Positions 40,339 to 50,612 are shown, numbered from the stretch's first letter. The stretch is 64,000 nt of DNA from Candidatus Obscuribacteraceae bacterium (GCA_044226015.1 JBGAHS010000006.1:128001-192000); one strand, 5' to 3'. Notes: a model not told the origin generated them from the letters alone. Translations and numbers: made by a program.

Positions 40339-41652
40339 TCAGGCGGATTCCAGCGACTCTCCCAAGTGCTCCGTTCTGTGCCAGGTGGAAGCCTGTCTGC
40401 GAAACGCAATATGAACGAATGAAATCACGATACAGGGAACCCAGTGTGCATACACGTAGGTATTAACTTCAAAGGTATGGATGAAAGCTTCCAAGAAATT
40501 GAGTTCTTTCCTGTAAGTGCGAATAGCAATGAAGAAATTAACGAGTGAAATAACGAAGGTCATTGTTGCGACCATGAAAAGGAACTTCGGATAAATCGGT
40601 TCGCCAATCATGAAATCGATTGTTTCCAGAATTATCTCAAGCAGTAGAAAACCGGGAATCGCAAATTCGGAAAGGAAAGCGAGAATGTCCAGTCGCTCGA
40701 CAATCGAGAGACTCTTGGGGGAGTTTAACGGAAAAATGTAGTCCAGGTAGCGGCGAATACTGCCCTCAGCCCAACGACGTCTTTGACGAATCAAACCTTT
40801 CCAGGTTGTAACAGCCTCTTCAAACACATGGGTGTCGTCAGAGAAGCGAATTCCCCATTTTGACAGAAGGAGTCGCATCGTCAAATCCAGGTCATCGGTG
40901 ATGGCTTTATTGTTCCATCCGCCAACATCTATGAGTGCTTCGCGCTTCATCAGCTCGCCATTTCCGCGAAGCTCAACTGCACCACCTATGAGGTCACGAC
41001 CGACCTGGAAGTAGGAGTCGAGAGCATACTCTGAAGCCTGGCAGGCCGGCAGAAAGGAATTTTTCTGGTGCTCGTAAATGCGTTTTTGTGATTGAACTGC
41101 ACCAACATTTTCGGGCTCAAGCAAGGGAAGAATACGAGTCAGAAAGTCTGGAGCAACATAAGCATCAGCGTCGAATACTGCAATGACCTCAGCTCTGCAA
41201 TGGGGCAAAGCATCATTGAGTCCCGCAGACTTTCCAGGGTACGAACCTTGTGGTCTGATGATGTAATCGAATTGCGGAAGTTCGTTTTTTAGACGTTCCA
41301 AAATTTGTGGAGTTGAATCATTTGAAGCATCATCGATGACCCATACTTTGTAGTTTGGATAATCGAGTTGGCAGAACTGGCGAACAGTCTTTTCGATTAC
41401 TCTGGACTCGTTTTTGGCAGGAATCAGAATGTCTACACTTGGGACCCAACTGGATTGAAGGTTGTCATCTTCTTTGACTTTCCGCTTGTCGGTTGTCTGC
41501 GCATGCAGCATCCAAATCGAATGACATGTCATCGAAACGAGGATGAGACTAAGCAGAACACAGATTGCTGGCCACGGAAGCAAGTGGTCGACTACGAGAA
41601 GAACCACAGCAGAAGTAACCGTCAAACCGAACAGTAATAAGCGATTTCGCAT
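40339..41652 (-). CDS. mgdA: GT2 glycosyltransferase, cyanobacterial monoglucosyl-diacylglycerol synthase-like
   Basis: PAKNE, DDAS, FDAD, ELRGNG, TDDLDL, QRRRWAEG..RYLDY resemble cyanobacterial MgdA. Confidence 0.65.
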   Translation of the reverse strand: MRNRLLLFGLTVTSAVVLLVVDHLLPWPAICVLLSLILVSMTCHSIWMLHAQTTDKRKVKEDDNLQSSWVPSVDILIPAKNESRVIEKTVRQFCQLDYPNYKVWVIDDASNDSTPQILERLKNELPQFDYIIRPQGSYPGKSAGLNDALPHCRAEVIAVFDADAYVAPDFLTRILPLLEPENVGAVQSQKRIYEHQKNSFLPACQASEYALDSYFQVGRDLIGGAVELRGNGELMKREALIDVGGWNNKAITDDLDLTMRLLLSKWGIRFSDDTHVFEEAVTTWKGLIRQRRRWAEGSIRRYLDYIFPLNSPKSLSIVERLDILAFLSEFAIPGFLLLEIILETIDFMIGEPIYPKFLFMVATMTFVISLVNFFIAIRTYRKELNFLEAFIHTFEVNTYVYAHWVPCIVISFVHIAFRRQASTWHRTEHLGESLESA

Positions 41653-41788
41653 TTATGGATGATACCCCAAGACGTATATAAGTCTAAAGGAAATCAGGTG
41701 TTAGCAGTCCCTTTTCCTTAGTAATATAAGGAACTCCAACATTAAATTATCTTGACATAACAGTGTTTTCGGGAAATCTGAAATGTTC

Positions 41789-43111
41789 TTAAGCACTTGA
41801 GTTCAGTTCTTTATGCAACGCACGATTCAAATGGTAAAGACTGGTCGCAACTGTTGGGACGCCTATCAAGAGTAATGTCGTGAATACTCCACCCGGAACG
41901 TTATCGATTAATTGACCTGCAAGCACCACCGGTATAGTGGATGCTGCAGACATCGCCGTGTTTTGTGCACCAAAAACTTTTCCGCGCAACTCTTCAGGAA
42001 CAACCGCTTGCAGTGCAGCTTGAGTAGGAACTGCAACACAAGCGCAAGAGAAGCCAATACAAGCGGAGAAAAATAATGGCACCGCCATTAGTGCAGCTTC
42101 CCAGGAACCCGCAAACCCCAGAGCGCCTAGAAGGCTGAGAAATAGCCCTAATCCGGAAAATCCGGAATAAACAAGTATGTTAGGATGCAGCTTGTGCCCG
42201 TGGTGAGCAACCCAGAAATTTCCGATTCCCATTCCCAGTCCAGCTGCGGCCACGACAATACCGAACTGAAACGCTTTCAAATGCATCATTTGCTGCGCTA
42301 GTCCCACAGCTATGATATTCATAGTAATAATGGTACTGAACAAGATTGTGATTTTGAAAATGGCGCGAAACACCAGGGCATTGCCTGAGATGTAGGCAAG
42401 TCCAAAGCGCAATTCCTCAAACCAGGGTTCTCGTTCTGCATTTGAACGCTTATTGTCCCCAACGTTAATCAATAAGGCCGATGCGATAAGAAACAAACCG
42501 GCGATAACCCAGGGTGAGTTATCGAGTCCGATATGGGAAATAATTGGCTCGCCGATTGCAAATCCGAAGCCCAGCGCAATCATCATAGTCGTGAAAAAGA
42601 GTGAGTTCGCTGCATACAATTCGTGCTTTTTGACCAACCTTGGAATAGACGAACTCTCCGCAGGAGCAAAAAATTGGCAGCCTATCGAACTCAGGAAAGC
42701 TAATGCAAAGTCTAGTTTCAGCGATTGATTTACCTGTGGCAAAACCACCAGGGCAACACAGGCGGCTCTTACAACGTTTGATAAAACGAGGACCCAGCGA
42801 TGTGACCACCTATCTACGTAGACACCCGCAAGGGGGCTCAGCAAAACTGCAGGTATAGTAAATGCAACGTATAACCAGCTTGTGAGTTCCGCACCACCGA
42901 TTTGAGTCTTGTGTGCGCTTGATTGAGTTTGAGTCAATATCGCAACAAACAAGACAAAAACAGCTCGATCTGCAAACTGCGAAAAAACTTGCGCAATCCA
43001 CAAAGACATGAACTGGCGATTTTTAAACAGAGAGCCGAAGCCAGACTGCCCTAATAAGACTTCTTCGGAAGTCTCATCTGTAGAACTTAAGTTGCCTGCC
43101 TGACCGCTCAC
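41789..43111 (-). CDS. MFS transporter
   Basis: About 12 TM helices, motif A GVYVDRWSHR, VPEELRGKVFG. Confidence 0.9.
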   Translation of the reverse strand: MSGQAGNLSSTDETSEEVLLGQSGFGSLFKNRQFMSLWIAQVFSQFADRAVFVLFVAILTQTQSSAHKTQIGGAELTSWLYVAFTIPAVLLSPLAGVYVDRWSHRWVLVLSNVVRAACVALVVLPQVNQSLKLDFALAFLSSIGCQFFAPAESSSIPRLVKKHELYAANSLFFTTMMIALGFGFAIGEPIISHIGLDNSPWVIAGLFLIASALLINVGDNKRSNAEREPWFEELRFGLAYISGNALVFRAIFKITILFSTIITMNIIAVGLAQQMMHLKAFQFGIVVAAAGLGMGIGNFWVAHHGHKLHPNILVYSGFSGLGLFLSLLGALGFAGSWEAALMAVPLFFSACIGFSCACVAVPTQAALQAVVPEELRGKVFGAQNTAMSAASTIPVVLAGQLIDNVPGGVFTTLLLIGVPTVATSLYHLNRALHKELNSSA

Positions 43112-43187
43112 GGAAATAGCCTGAACCTATACTTCAGTTACTCTAGCACTTAGCCCGCAAGATTGCTCTGCGCGAACACCCGGCTAG

Positions 43188-44024
43188 TTAGAATTCCTCA
43201 GCACCTTCAAGTGATTCTCCGAGTTCACGTCCGCCACCTTTGACGTCGCCAAAGAATGGTGCTACACCACGCTTGCTCGTAGCAAAGAAATTGCAAATTT
43301 CGTCGAGTTCCTCAAAATTGGGCAACTCTTCTTTGATTTTGGCTACTGCCTGGGTGTGGTTTAAACCAGATCGGTAGAGCAATTTGTAAGCTTGCTTTAT
43401 AGCACCTCTTTTATCTGGACCGAGCTTGTTTCGGCGCAGACCTATCACATTCAAACCGCGCACCATGGCTGGGCGTCCATCGCACAACGTAAACGGTGGC
43501 AGGTCAACTCGAGAGCCTGTCATTCCGCCCAACATGCAGTAGCGACCAACTTTGATGAACTGGTGCAAGATAACCATTCCAGCAAAAACGGCACCGTCGC
43601 CTACTTCGACATATCCAGCCAGAGTGGTGTTGTTTGCCATGATGACACCGTTTCCAACTTTGCAGTTGTGTGCAATATGCGAATAGTTCATCAAGAAGCA
43701 ATTGTCACCGAGTGTGGTGTAGCCTTCTTGAGTTGCACGGTGAATTGTGACGTACTCACGAATAACACAGCTGTTGCCGATTATGACTCCAGTAGGTTCG
43801 TCCTTATATTTTAGGTCTTGTGGCTCTAGCCCAATTGCAGCGCCTGCAAATATATGGCAGTTGTCTCCAATGGTGGTGTCACCATCGATAACGCAATGTG
43901 CACCAATCTTAGTGCCAGCTCCAATCTTCACATTTGGACCAATCACCGCAAAAGGACCAATGTCCGCTGTCTCGTGAACTTTGGCTCCATCTGCGATGAC
44001 TGCAGTTCGGTGAACAGTCATCAT
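43188..44024 (-). CDS. lpxA: Acyl-ACP--UDP-N-acetylglucosamine O-acyltransferase
   Basis: Hexapeptide repeats, PQDLKY, IREYVTIHRAT, HIAHNC, GLNVIGLRR. Confidence 0.95.
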   Translation of the reverse strand: MMTVHRTAVIADGAKVHETADIGPFAVIGPNVKIGAGTKIGAHCVIDGDTTIGDNCHIFAGAAIGLEPQDLKYKDEPTGVIIGNSCVIREYVTIHRATQEGYTTLGDNCFLMNYSHIAHNCKVGNGVIMANNTTLAGYVEVGDGAVFAGMVILHQFIKVGRYCMLGGMTGSRVDLPPFTLCDGRPAMVRGLNVIGLRRNKLGPDKRGAIKQAYKLLYRSGLNHTQAVAKIKEELPNFEELDEICNFFATSKRGVAPFFGDVKGGGRELGESLEGAEEF

Positions 44025-44488
44025 TATTCTTCTCTCTTAACCATTGCAAATGAGATTTCTCCCTCGCAAGCAATTTTGTCTCCAACTTTTGCAGTCGCTT
44101 TTAATTTACCAAGCGGACCTTTCATCTTAAGAAGTTCAACTTCGAGGTCGAGTCGATCGCCTGGAATAACCATCTGACGGAACTTGAACCCATCAATTCC
44201 TGTGAAGACGCCAAGCTTATCCTTAAATTCGTCTTTCATCAAAATAGCTATACAGCCGAGCTGAGCAAGAGCTTCAACCATCAAAACTCCTGGCATGATG
44301 GGCTTGAAGGGGAAGTGTCCTTCAAAAAATTGCTCGTTAGCAGTCATATTTTTGTAGCCTTTGGCACTCTGTCCAGGCACACAATGAGTGACTCGGTCAA
44401 CCAACAAAAATGGATAACGGTGAGGAATCAACTTCTTGATTTCGTTGATATCCAGATTTTCGACAGCTTCAGGTGCACTTGCGGTCAT
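44024..44488 (-). CDS. fabZ: 3-hydroxyacyl-ACP dehydratase
   Basis: PHRYPFLLVDRV, GHFP, PGVLMVEALAQ. Confidence 0.97.
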   Translation of the reverse strand: MTASAPEAVENLDINEIKKLIPHRYPFLLVDRVTHCVPGQSAKGYKNMTANEQFFEGHFPFKPIMPGVLMVEALAQLGCIAILMKDEFKDKLGVFTGIDGFKFRQMVIPGDRLDLEVELLKMKGPLGKLKATAKVGDKIACEGEISFAMVKREE

Positions 44489-44859
44489 TTCTAATACCTT
44501 TATTTGCGTGAAAGTTTGCTGAGTATATCGCTTCAGCCAGGGGAGCGTCATGTTGCAAACAAGATTTATAAACCTGGTTCACACAAGATTCATGCAAAAC
44601 CTGTTAGAGTTCAAATCGTGGAAAGCCCGCACGCGCCGGTTTCCGGCAGACCAGTGCGTGTCTTTCGAGTTTTGTAGCGACTCGGGCAGTGTGACGAAAT
44701 CAAGATCGGCGGATAGGTTCATCTGCACGTATTTTTCAGTTCCAATTTTGGAAGCAACCCAAACGCCAAGTGGCTAATTGATTATAGGAATGTAAGCTAG
44801 TCAATTTTGAGTTTGCGAAATGGCGAAGAAATGAAAATTCAGGGAGTAGAAGGAATCAT

Positions 44860-45522
44860 ATGGAAACCGGAATAAAGAACATCAGCTATTACAAGCCAGC
44901 AGCTGAGTCGGCCACTCGAAACTGCGGAAGCAACTCGTTCTCACCGTCAAACTCAAATATTGTTGACATGGAGAAGGTCGCACTTGGGGTCAGAATGATT
45001 CTCGAAGGTCTCGGTGAAGATCCAGAGAGAGAGGGGCTTCTCGACACTCCAGCCCGGGTTGCAAGAATGTATCAAGAGCTGGTCTACGGACTGAATATAG
45101 ACCCTGCATCCGAAATCACTTGCACTTTCAACGAAACCAGCGAAGACTTTGTGCTTGTCAAAGACATTTTGTTTTCGAGCGTTTGCGAACACCATATGCT
45201 TCCCTTCTTTGGGACAGCCAGCATTGCGTACATACCCTCGGAAGGCAAGATAACCGGTCTTTCGAAGATCGCACGACTTGTTGAGCTATGCTCCAGAAAA
45301 CTTCAGGTGCAAGAGAGAATGACTTCGCAAATTGCTGATGCCATCTGCACTAAACTCTCCCCTTCTGGAGTACTTGTCATGCTGGAAGCCGAGCACATGT
45401 GCATGTCTGTACGCGGTATTAAGAAGCCCGGAAGCAAAACTATCACCACTGCCAGCAGGGGCGTTCTCAAAACCAATGCTAGCAATAGACAAGAGCTTAT
45501 GTCGTTATTGACAAGAGCGTAA
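44860..45522 (+). CDS. folE: GTP cyclohydrolase I
   Basis: REGLLDTPARV, CEHHMLPF, GLSKIAR, LQVQE, HMCMSVRG. Confidence 0.97.
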   Translation: METGIKNISYYKPAAESATRNCGSNSFSPSNSNIVDMEKVALGVRMILEGLGEDPEREGLLDTPARVARMYQELVYGLNIDPASEITCTFNETSEDFVLVKDILFSSVCEHHMLPFFGTASIAYIPSEGKITGLSKIARLVELCSRKLQVQERMTSQIADAICTKLSPSGVLVMLEAEHMCMSVRGIKKPGSKTITTASRGVLKTNASNRQELMSLLTRA

Positions 45523-45571
45523 TACAGAATTTCCGAGTACCATAGTTGTATCTCGGAGGTCACAGCAGCTA

Positions 45572-46891
45572 ATGGCAAGGATTCTTATTGTCGATGACAA
45601 TTTAGACCTGGCCGAAAATATGAATGCGTATTTGAAAGCGCGATCGCATGATGTCACAGAAGTGCATTCGGTGACAGAGGCTTTTGATGAACTCTCTGCC
45701 GGCGATTTCGACCTGCTTTTGTTAGACTGGGAACTACCTGATGGAGACGGTATTCAGGTTTGCAAGGCTTATCGAGATCGAGATGGACGTGGTGGCATTT
45801 TGATGTTAACCGGTCGTGCTTCGGCCGAAGATAAAGTTACAGGGCTTACAGCAGGGGCTGATGATTATCTTGCAAAGCCCTTTAACATAGCTGAGTTCGG
45901 GGCTCGTGTCGATGCGGTTCTTCGCCGTGCAAATGCACAAAAAGCCCTTGAACCCATTGCTTTTGATGAGTCTCTTGTCGGAAAAACGTTGGCGAATGCT
46001 TATGAGATCGAAAGTGTTTTGGGCAAAGGTGCAATGGGCTTTGTGTATAAAGCCACACACAAAACGCTGAAGCGCGTGGTGGCAATTAAAGTTCTTTCTG
46101 AAACAAATATTGGTGTGGGCGCAAGGAAGAGATTTGAACGCGAAGCCCAAGCTATGAGTGTTCTGGAACACCCAAACCTTGTTCGAATTTACGAATTCGG
46201 ATTTGCTGAAAAAAAGGTTCCGTACATCGTCATGGAATTTTCTGAGGGACAGGCGCTCAATTTGCGAATCAGGCGAGATGGTCCCATTCCACTTACAGAA
46301 GCCTTTCCTCTGTTTATTCAAATATGCAATGGACTTGAACATGCTCATGAACATGGCGTTATTCACCGAGATCTCAAACCTGCAAACATTATTGCCAGTC
46401 CCGACAAGAAGCTAAAAGTAGTCGACCTTGGCTTGGCTAAATTTACACAAGTTCTCGATGAAGATATGGCAAGAAATAACGAGCTGACTTTTGCCGGTGA
46501 GGTTTTCGGCAGCCCTGCATACATGAGTCCAGAACAAGGTACCAACCGTCCATTGGACCAGCGTTCAGACGTATATGCTCTTGGCTGTGTAATGTACGAA
46601 ATGCTGTGTGGTAAGTTAGCATTCTCTGCTATTTCATTTATTGAAGTAATGAATGAAAAAATGAATTCGAAGCCACCATCTTTGTGTGAGCGGTTTCCTG
46701 AACTCAAGATTCCGCCAGAACTAGATCGTTGCATCAGAAAAGCTATGGATCCATCGCCAACAAAACGATACGGATCTATGGCGGAATTACGCGCCGAACT
46801 GCTTCGAATTCAAGAATCACTTAATGATCAATCCCGTGGTGGTTCTAAAATACTGAGCTATGTGCGCCACCTATTTGGAAAGAAAAAATAG
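45572..46891 (+). CDS. Response-regulator receiver fused to Ser/Thr kinase
   Basis: REC (VDD, LLDWELP, LTG, KPF) plus kinase (GKGAMG, VAIK, HRDLKPAN, DLG, SPE). Confidence 0.93.
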   Translation: MARILIVDDNLDLAENMNAYLKARSHDVTEVHSVTEAFDELSAGDFDLLLLDWELPDGDGIQVCKAYRDRDGRGGILMLTGRASAEDKVTGLTAGADDYLAKPFNIAEFGARVDAVLRRANAQKALEPIAFDESLVGKTLANAYEIESVLGKGAMGFVYKATHKTLKRVVAIKVLSETNIGVGARKRFEREAQAMSVLEHPNLVRIYEFGFAEKKVPYIVMEFSEGQALNLRIRRDGPIPLTEAFPLFIQICNGLEHAHEHGVIHRDLKPANIIASPDKKLKVVDLGLAKFTQVLDEDMARNNELTFAGEVFGSPAYMSPEQGTNRPLDQRSDVYALGCVMYEMLCGKLAFSAISFIEVMNEKMNSKPPSLCERFPELKIPPELDRCIRKAMDPSPTKRYGSMAELRAELLRIQESLNDQSRGGSKILSYVRHLFGKKK

Positions 46892-46939
46892 TTGCTCGAC
46901 TGAGCAGAAGCATTGGAAGAGGTTGAGAGGAGAAACGGA

Positions 46940-48460
46940 GTGCAAGAAGAAAATAGAACGAAGCGAGGCATAAGCAGAAGAGCATTTGTTACTGCGCTTG
47001 CGAGTTTGCCATTGATCAACCTGGCGACTTTCGAAACGGCTGAGGCAGCGTCTACGATAAAACCTTTCTCCTTCGTTTACCTCTCCGACTCACATCTATG
47101 CAATGGCAAACCTGATAACGCCTACAAAATGTTGCAGGAAAGTCAATTGTTCCTGCAAGAAAGCATCAAGGGAATCAACGCGCTGAAACCAGATTTCGTG
47201 GTCTTTGGTGGTGACCAGGTTGAGACAGTTGGTAAGAATGAAGCTAACTGGAACTTTTTTCTGGATGTCGCACAAGGATTGAAATGTCCCTGGTATTTCG
47301 TTTTAGGTGAAGACGATGTTGTTTCTGAGCGAATACCAGTCGATAAAGCACGACAGTTTGGTCCAGACTTTAAAGGTCGTGGTATCACAGGTAACGACAC
47401 GTGGTGGTCGCTTGACCCAGTTGATGGAGTCCACTTAATTGGACTGGACACAAGCATCGCAAATTCCACGGGTGGCGACATTTCAAGCCAGCAGCTAGAT
47501 TGGCTAAAAAATGACCTCGCAGCCAACCGCGGCAAATTCATAATAATAGTTACTCATCATCCATTGCTTCCACCTGCACCATATGATGGTGGACCACCAT
47601 TTGATGAATACATTCTGCCAGACGGTGCCGATGTTAGAGAGATACTCACATCAGATGTAAAACTTGTACTCAGCGGACATTTATACATAAACAAAGCACA
47701 GCTGGAACGATACACATACCATGTTTCTTGTGCAGGGCTAGACATTTACCCCTGCCAATATAAATACTTCCGCGTTAGCAAAGATAGCATCTTAATGGAA
47801 TCGTTCGAGGTTCCTATGCCTAAATTAGTAAAGCGAGCAGAAGAAGCGCTCGTAGCGTCGTCTCTGGCTAGCAAGATAAATCAGCGTAAACCAGCAGAAG
47901 TCGTAGAACTATTTCGAGGGCAGGATGAAGATCAAAACGCAATTCTTTCTCTTGGTGCGAACAAATCGATTCAAGCTTTGTCTAAAAAGCAGATAAAAGA
48001 GGATCAAGAAAGGCGAGATACCGAGCTGGAAAAGCAAGCTGAACAGGCACGAACCGGCAAGGTCAAAGAGAAAGACAACGGTAAAGACAAGAAAAAGTCT
48101 GACGAAAAAGAGGACAAGAAGACTCGAGTTAAAAAAGAGCCCGAGCCAGATTCGAAGGACAGCAAGGAGTCTAAAAAAGCAGGAAAGGGAGATAAGAAAC
48201 AAGCCCCTGATGCCAGTGACGGCACTTCTAAGAGCAAAAAGTCCGATAGCAAAAAATCCTCCAAATCTGACAAGAGCGGAACCGCCGGAAAGAACCCAAG
48301 CACTACCGATGGTGCTGCAGATGCTAGCGCAAAAGGTAAAACTGAAGAACTTCAACCTCAAACAACCGATCAGCAATCAAATCCGGCGCAAACAAAAGAG
48401 TCGGCAACTCCTACTGAATCCGACAGTTCAGCTCAGCCTGAAGGCTCGAAAGACAAGTAG
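46940..48460 (+). CDS. Tat-exported calcineurin-like metallophosphoesterase with Lys/Asp-rich tail
   Basis: SRRAFV Tat motif; DSH, GGDQV, HHP, GH motifs; charged low-complexity C-terminus. Confidence 0.8.
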   Translation: MQEENRTKRGISRRAFVTALASLPLINLATFETAEAASTIKPFSFVYLSDSHLCNGKPDNAYKMLQESQLFLQESIKGINALKPDFVVFGGDQVETVGKNEANWNFFLDVAQGLKCPWYFVLGEDDVVSERIPVDKARQFGPDFKGRGITGNDTWWSLDPVDGVHLIGLDTSIANSTGGDISSQQLDWLKNDLAANRGKFIIIVTHHPLLPPAPYDGGPPFDEYILPDGADVREILTSDVKLVLSGHLYINKAQLERYTYHVSCAGLDIYPCQYKYFRVSKDSILMESFEVPMPKLVKRAEEALVASSLASKINQRKPAEVVELFRGQDEDQNAILSLGANKSIQALSKKQIKEDQERRDTELEKQAEQARTGKVKEKDNGKDKKKSDEKEDKKTRVKKEPEPDSKDSKESKKAGKGDKKQAPDASDGTSKSKKSDSKKSSKSDKSGTAGKNPSTTDGAADASAKGKTEELQPQTTDQQSNPAQTKESATPTESDSSAQPEGSKDK

Positions 48461-48587
48461 GACAATGATCTCTGCTTAATCATTCGTAGTTTGCACATAG
48501 GCAAATCATATATACCAGCACAAAATTAGAGTCGGGCAAGGCAGATAGGCATACGGGTAGGTCGGAACTTTCGCTGGGGGTTTTAAC

Positions 48588-49574
48588 TTGACCGAAACAT
48601 TTGAACTTTCCGCAAAATCAGCGGAGCGCCACAATTTGTCCAAAAACGTAATCGAGCAGGAAGATTCGCATCTTCGCCTTCTGAGTGATGTCTTTGCGCC
48701 GCCCTCGATGTTGAAAAAAGTAGAAATTTGCCAAGCCGATGATGGCAAACTGAACTTTCCGCCGCTAGTAGCTGAGAACTCAGAACAAAATAGTTGGCGA
48801 TGGAAACCTCCTCAAGGCATTTTGATGGAGCGCTCTCTAAACTTGAACCTTACGAAGGAAGAAAAAGAAAGAATCGGAAAGAAGATCTGGCAGAACGAAT
48901 CCAGCGGAACATTCGAAGGACTCACAGCCTGGAACAAGGGAGAAGAGTTTCCTTCACTTGGAATAGGACACTTCATTTGGATGCCCAAGAATGTCGATTT
49001 GCCCTTTGGCAATAGCTTTCCTGAAATGATCAAATCAATGCGAGATGCAGGTTCAACCCCTCCAGCATGGCTTAAGGAAAATGACCCGTGCCCATGGGAC
49101 ACGCGCAAGGAGTTCATGCGTGATTTCAACGGCAAGAAGCTTACTGAATTGAGACAGTACCTCAATGACACAGTCGGACTTCAGACCGACTTCATCATCA
49201 ATAGGCTGGAAGTTTCCCTTCCCAAAATACTTGACACGATTAGCGACCCGGCCGAAAAACAAAAGGTTCAAGATCGCTTCTATAAAGTGTTGAATAGCGG
49301 TCCGGCTGGGGTATTCTGTCTGGTCGATTACGTCAATTTCAAAGGCGAAGGGCTAGAGCCCGTTCCCGAATACAACAATCTTTCCTGGGGACTGAAGCAA
49401 GTTCTTCAGGGAATGACTGACACTGATAATCCAATCAAAGACTTTTCCGATTCTGCCAAAGCAACACTGAGTAACAGAGTCAAGAATGCTCCAAAGCATC
49501 GGCATGAGGAGCAATGGCTCAAGGGTTGGCATAATAGAGTCGACAGATATGTCACTGATCCACCACTTAGGTAG
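48588..49574 (+). CDS. Hypothetical protein, possibly lysozyme-like fold
   Basis: IWQNES...WNKGEEFPSLGIGHFIW, DYVNFKGEG, WLKGWHNRV; fold assignment is inference. Confidence 0.55.
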   Translation: MTETFELSAKSAERHNLSKNVIEQEDSHLRLLSDVFAPPSMLKKVEICQADDGKLNFPPLVAENSEQNSWRWKPPQGILMERSLNLNLTKEEKERIGKKIWQNESSGTFEGLTAWNKGEEFPSLGIGHFIWMPKNVDLPFGNSFPEMIKSMRDAGSTPPAWLKENDPCPWDTRKEFMRDFNGKKLTELRQYLNDTVGLQTDFIINRLEVSLPKILDTISDPAEKQKVQDRFYKVLNSGPAGVFCLVDYVNFKGEGLEPVPEYNNLSWGLKQVLQGMTDTDNPIKDFSDSAKATLSNRVKNAPKHRHEEQWLKGWHNRVDRYVTDPPLR

Positions 49575-49577
49575 GGG

Positions 49578-49608
49578 TTGACAAAGTCCCACTTTAGACT
49601 TATTCTAA
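49578..49608 (+). promoter_or_regulatory. Sigma70 promoter overlapped by a Per/Fur-like box
   Basis: TTGACA-N17-TATTCT; 7-1-7 dyad TTAGACT-T-ATTCTAA at 49594-49608 covers the -10 box. Confidence 0.75.
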
Positions 49609-49640
49609 GTACAGAACTTGTACAAATGAGTGGTCGCATT

Positions 49641-50054
49641 ATGAATACGTCAGAACTTGAAGCATTGCTATTGAAGAAAGGGGTTAAACCCACTCCTCAA
49701 AGAATGGTGATTGCTGACTATCTTTTGCATACGTTTTCTCATCCGACTGCCGATGAAGTGCTCGCTGCTGTGGAGAACAAGCTTCCTTGCGCACTTTCCA
49801 GAGCTACGGTCTACAACACTTTGAATTGCCTGGTTGAAGCTGGCGTGATTCAAGAGGTTTTTACTGAGCCTGGAAAAGCCCGCTACGACGCTAATGTGAG
49901 TGATCATCACCATTTTGTAGACAAGAAATCAGGTCGCATTCTTGATATTCCTGCTGAACTTGTACCGAGACTCAGCGAGCAGCTTGGCGAGAAGTACAAA
50001 ATTCACAGTTATCAAGTAACCTTTTATGGTGAGTTCGACGAAGAAATGCAGTAG
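49641..50054 (+). CDS. Fur-family regulator (PerR-like)
   Basis: TPQR, HPTADEV, SRATVYNTL, RYD....HHHF; upstream of rubrerythrin; no CxxC. Confidence 0.9.
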   Translation: MNTSELEALLLKKGVKPTPQRMVIADYLLHTFSHPTADEVLAAVENKLPCALSRATVYNTLNCLVEAGVIQEVFTEPGKARYDANVSDHHHFVDKKSGRILDIPAELVPRLSEQLGEKYKIHSYQVTFYGEFDEEMQ

Positions 50055-50126
50055 TTAGAAGTCAAAATTTTTTACCCTCTATTTAGAACTGATCTATTTT
50101 TAGATTGGATACAGGAGAACGCGTCA

Positions 50127-50612
50127 ATGAACAATTTCAATAACAAAACAGAAGAAAACCTCCACTCAGCCTTTGCTGGTGAATCCATGGCGAATAGAAA
50201 GTACTTGTATTTCGCAAAGGTTGCCCGCAAGTTAGGAAACGAAGAAATTGCGAAGCTGTTTGAGGAAACTGCGCATCAAGAAACGGGGCATGCTTTCGCT
50301 CACCTTGAATTGATGTATCCATCAAATGAGCTGACGGTGGAGAGAATTCTTGAACTAGCTGTTGAAGGTGAACTCTACGAAACTAATCAGATGTATCCTG
50401 AATTCGAGCGCATCGCTCGCGAAGAAGGAAACGAGGCCGCTGTCGAAGAATTCAAAGAGCAACAAGCTGAATCTCGTGAGCACGCAGAAATTTTCACAAA
50501 AGCAGCAAAAAGGTTCAAAGCCCTCACCCTTGTTGAAAAATACCATGCAGATAGGTACCAGAAGGCTCTGGACAAATTGAACGCGTCCAATAGTTTGGAA
50601 CAGTCAGCTTAG
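50127..50612 (+). CDS. Rubrerythrin family protein (no rubredoxin domain)
   Basis: AFAGESMANRKY, ETGH, GELYE...MYPEF, ESREH di-iron motifs. Confidence 0.92.
   Translation: MNNFNNKTEENLHSAFAGESMANRKYLYFAKVARKLGNEEIAKLFEETAHQETGHAFAHLELMYPSNELTVERILELAVEGELYETNQMYPEFERIAREEGNEAAVEEFKEQQAESREHAEIFTKAAKRFKALTLVEKYHADRYQKALDKLNASNSLEQSA

Noticed and set aside
41750..41777. Second dif-like site (minus strand ATTTCCCGAAA-ACACTG-TTATGTCAAGA)
   Set aside because: The XerD-like arm is good, but the XerC arm lacks ATAA. It lies inside a co-oriented gene cluster, may be incidental, and is weaker than 11432-11459.
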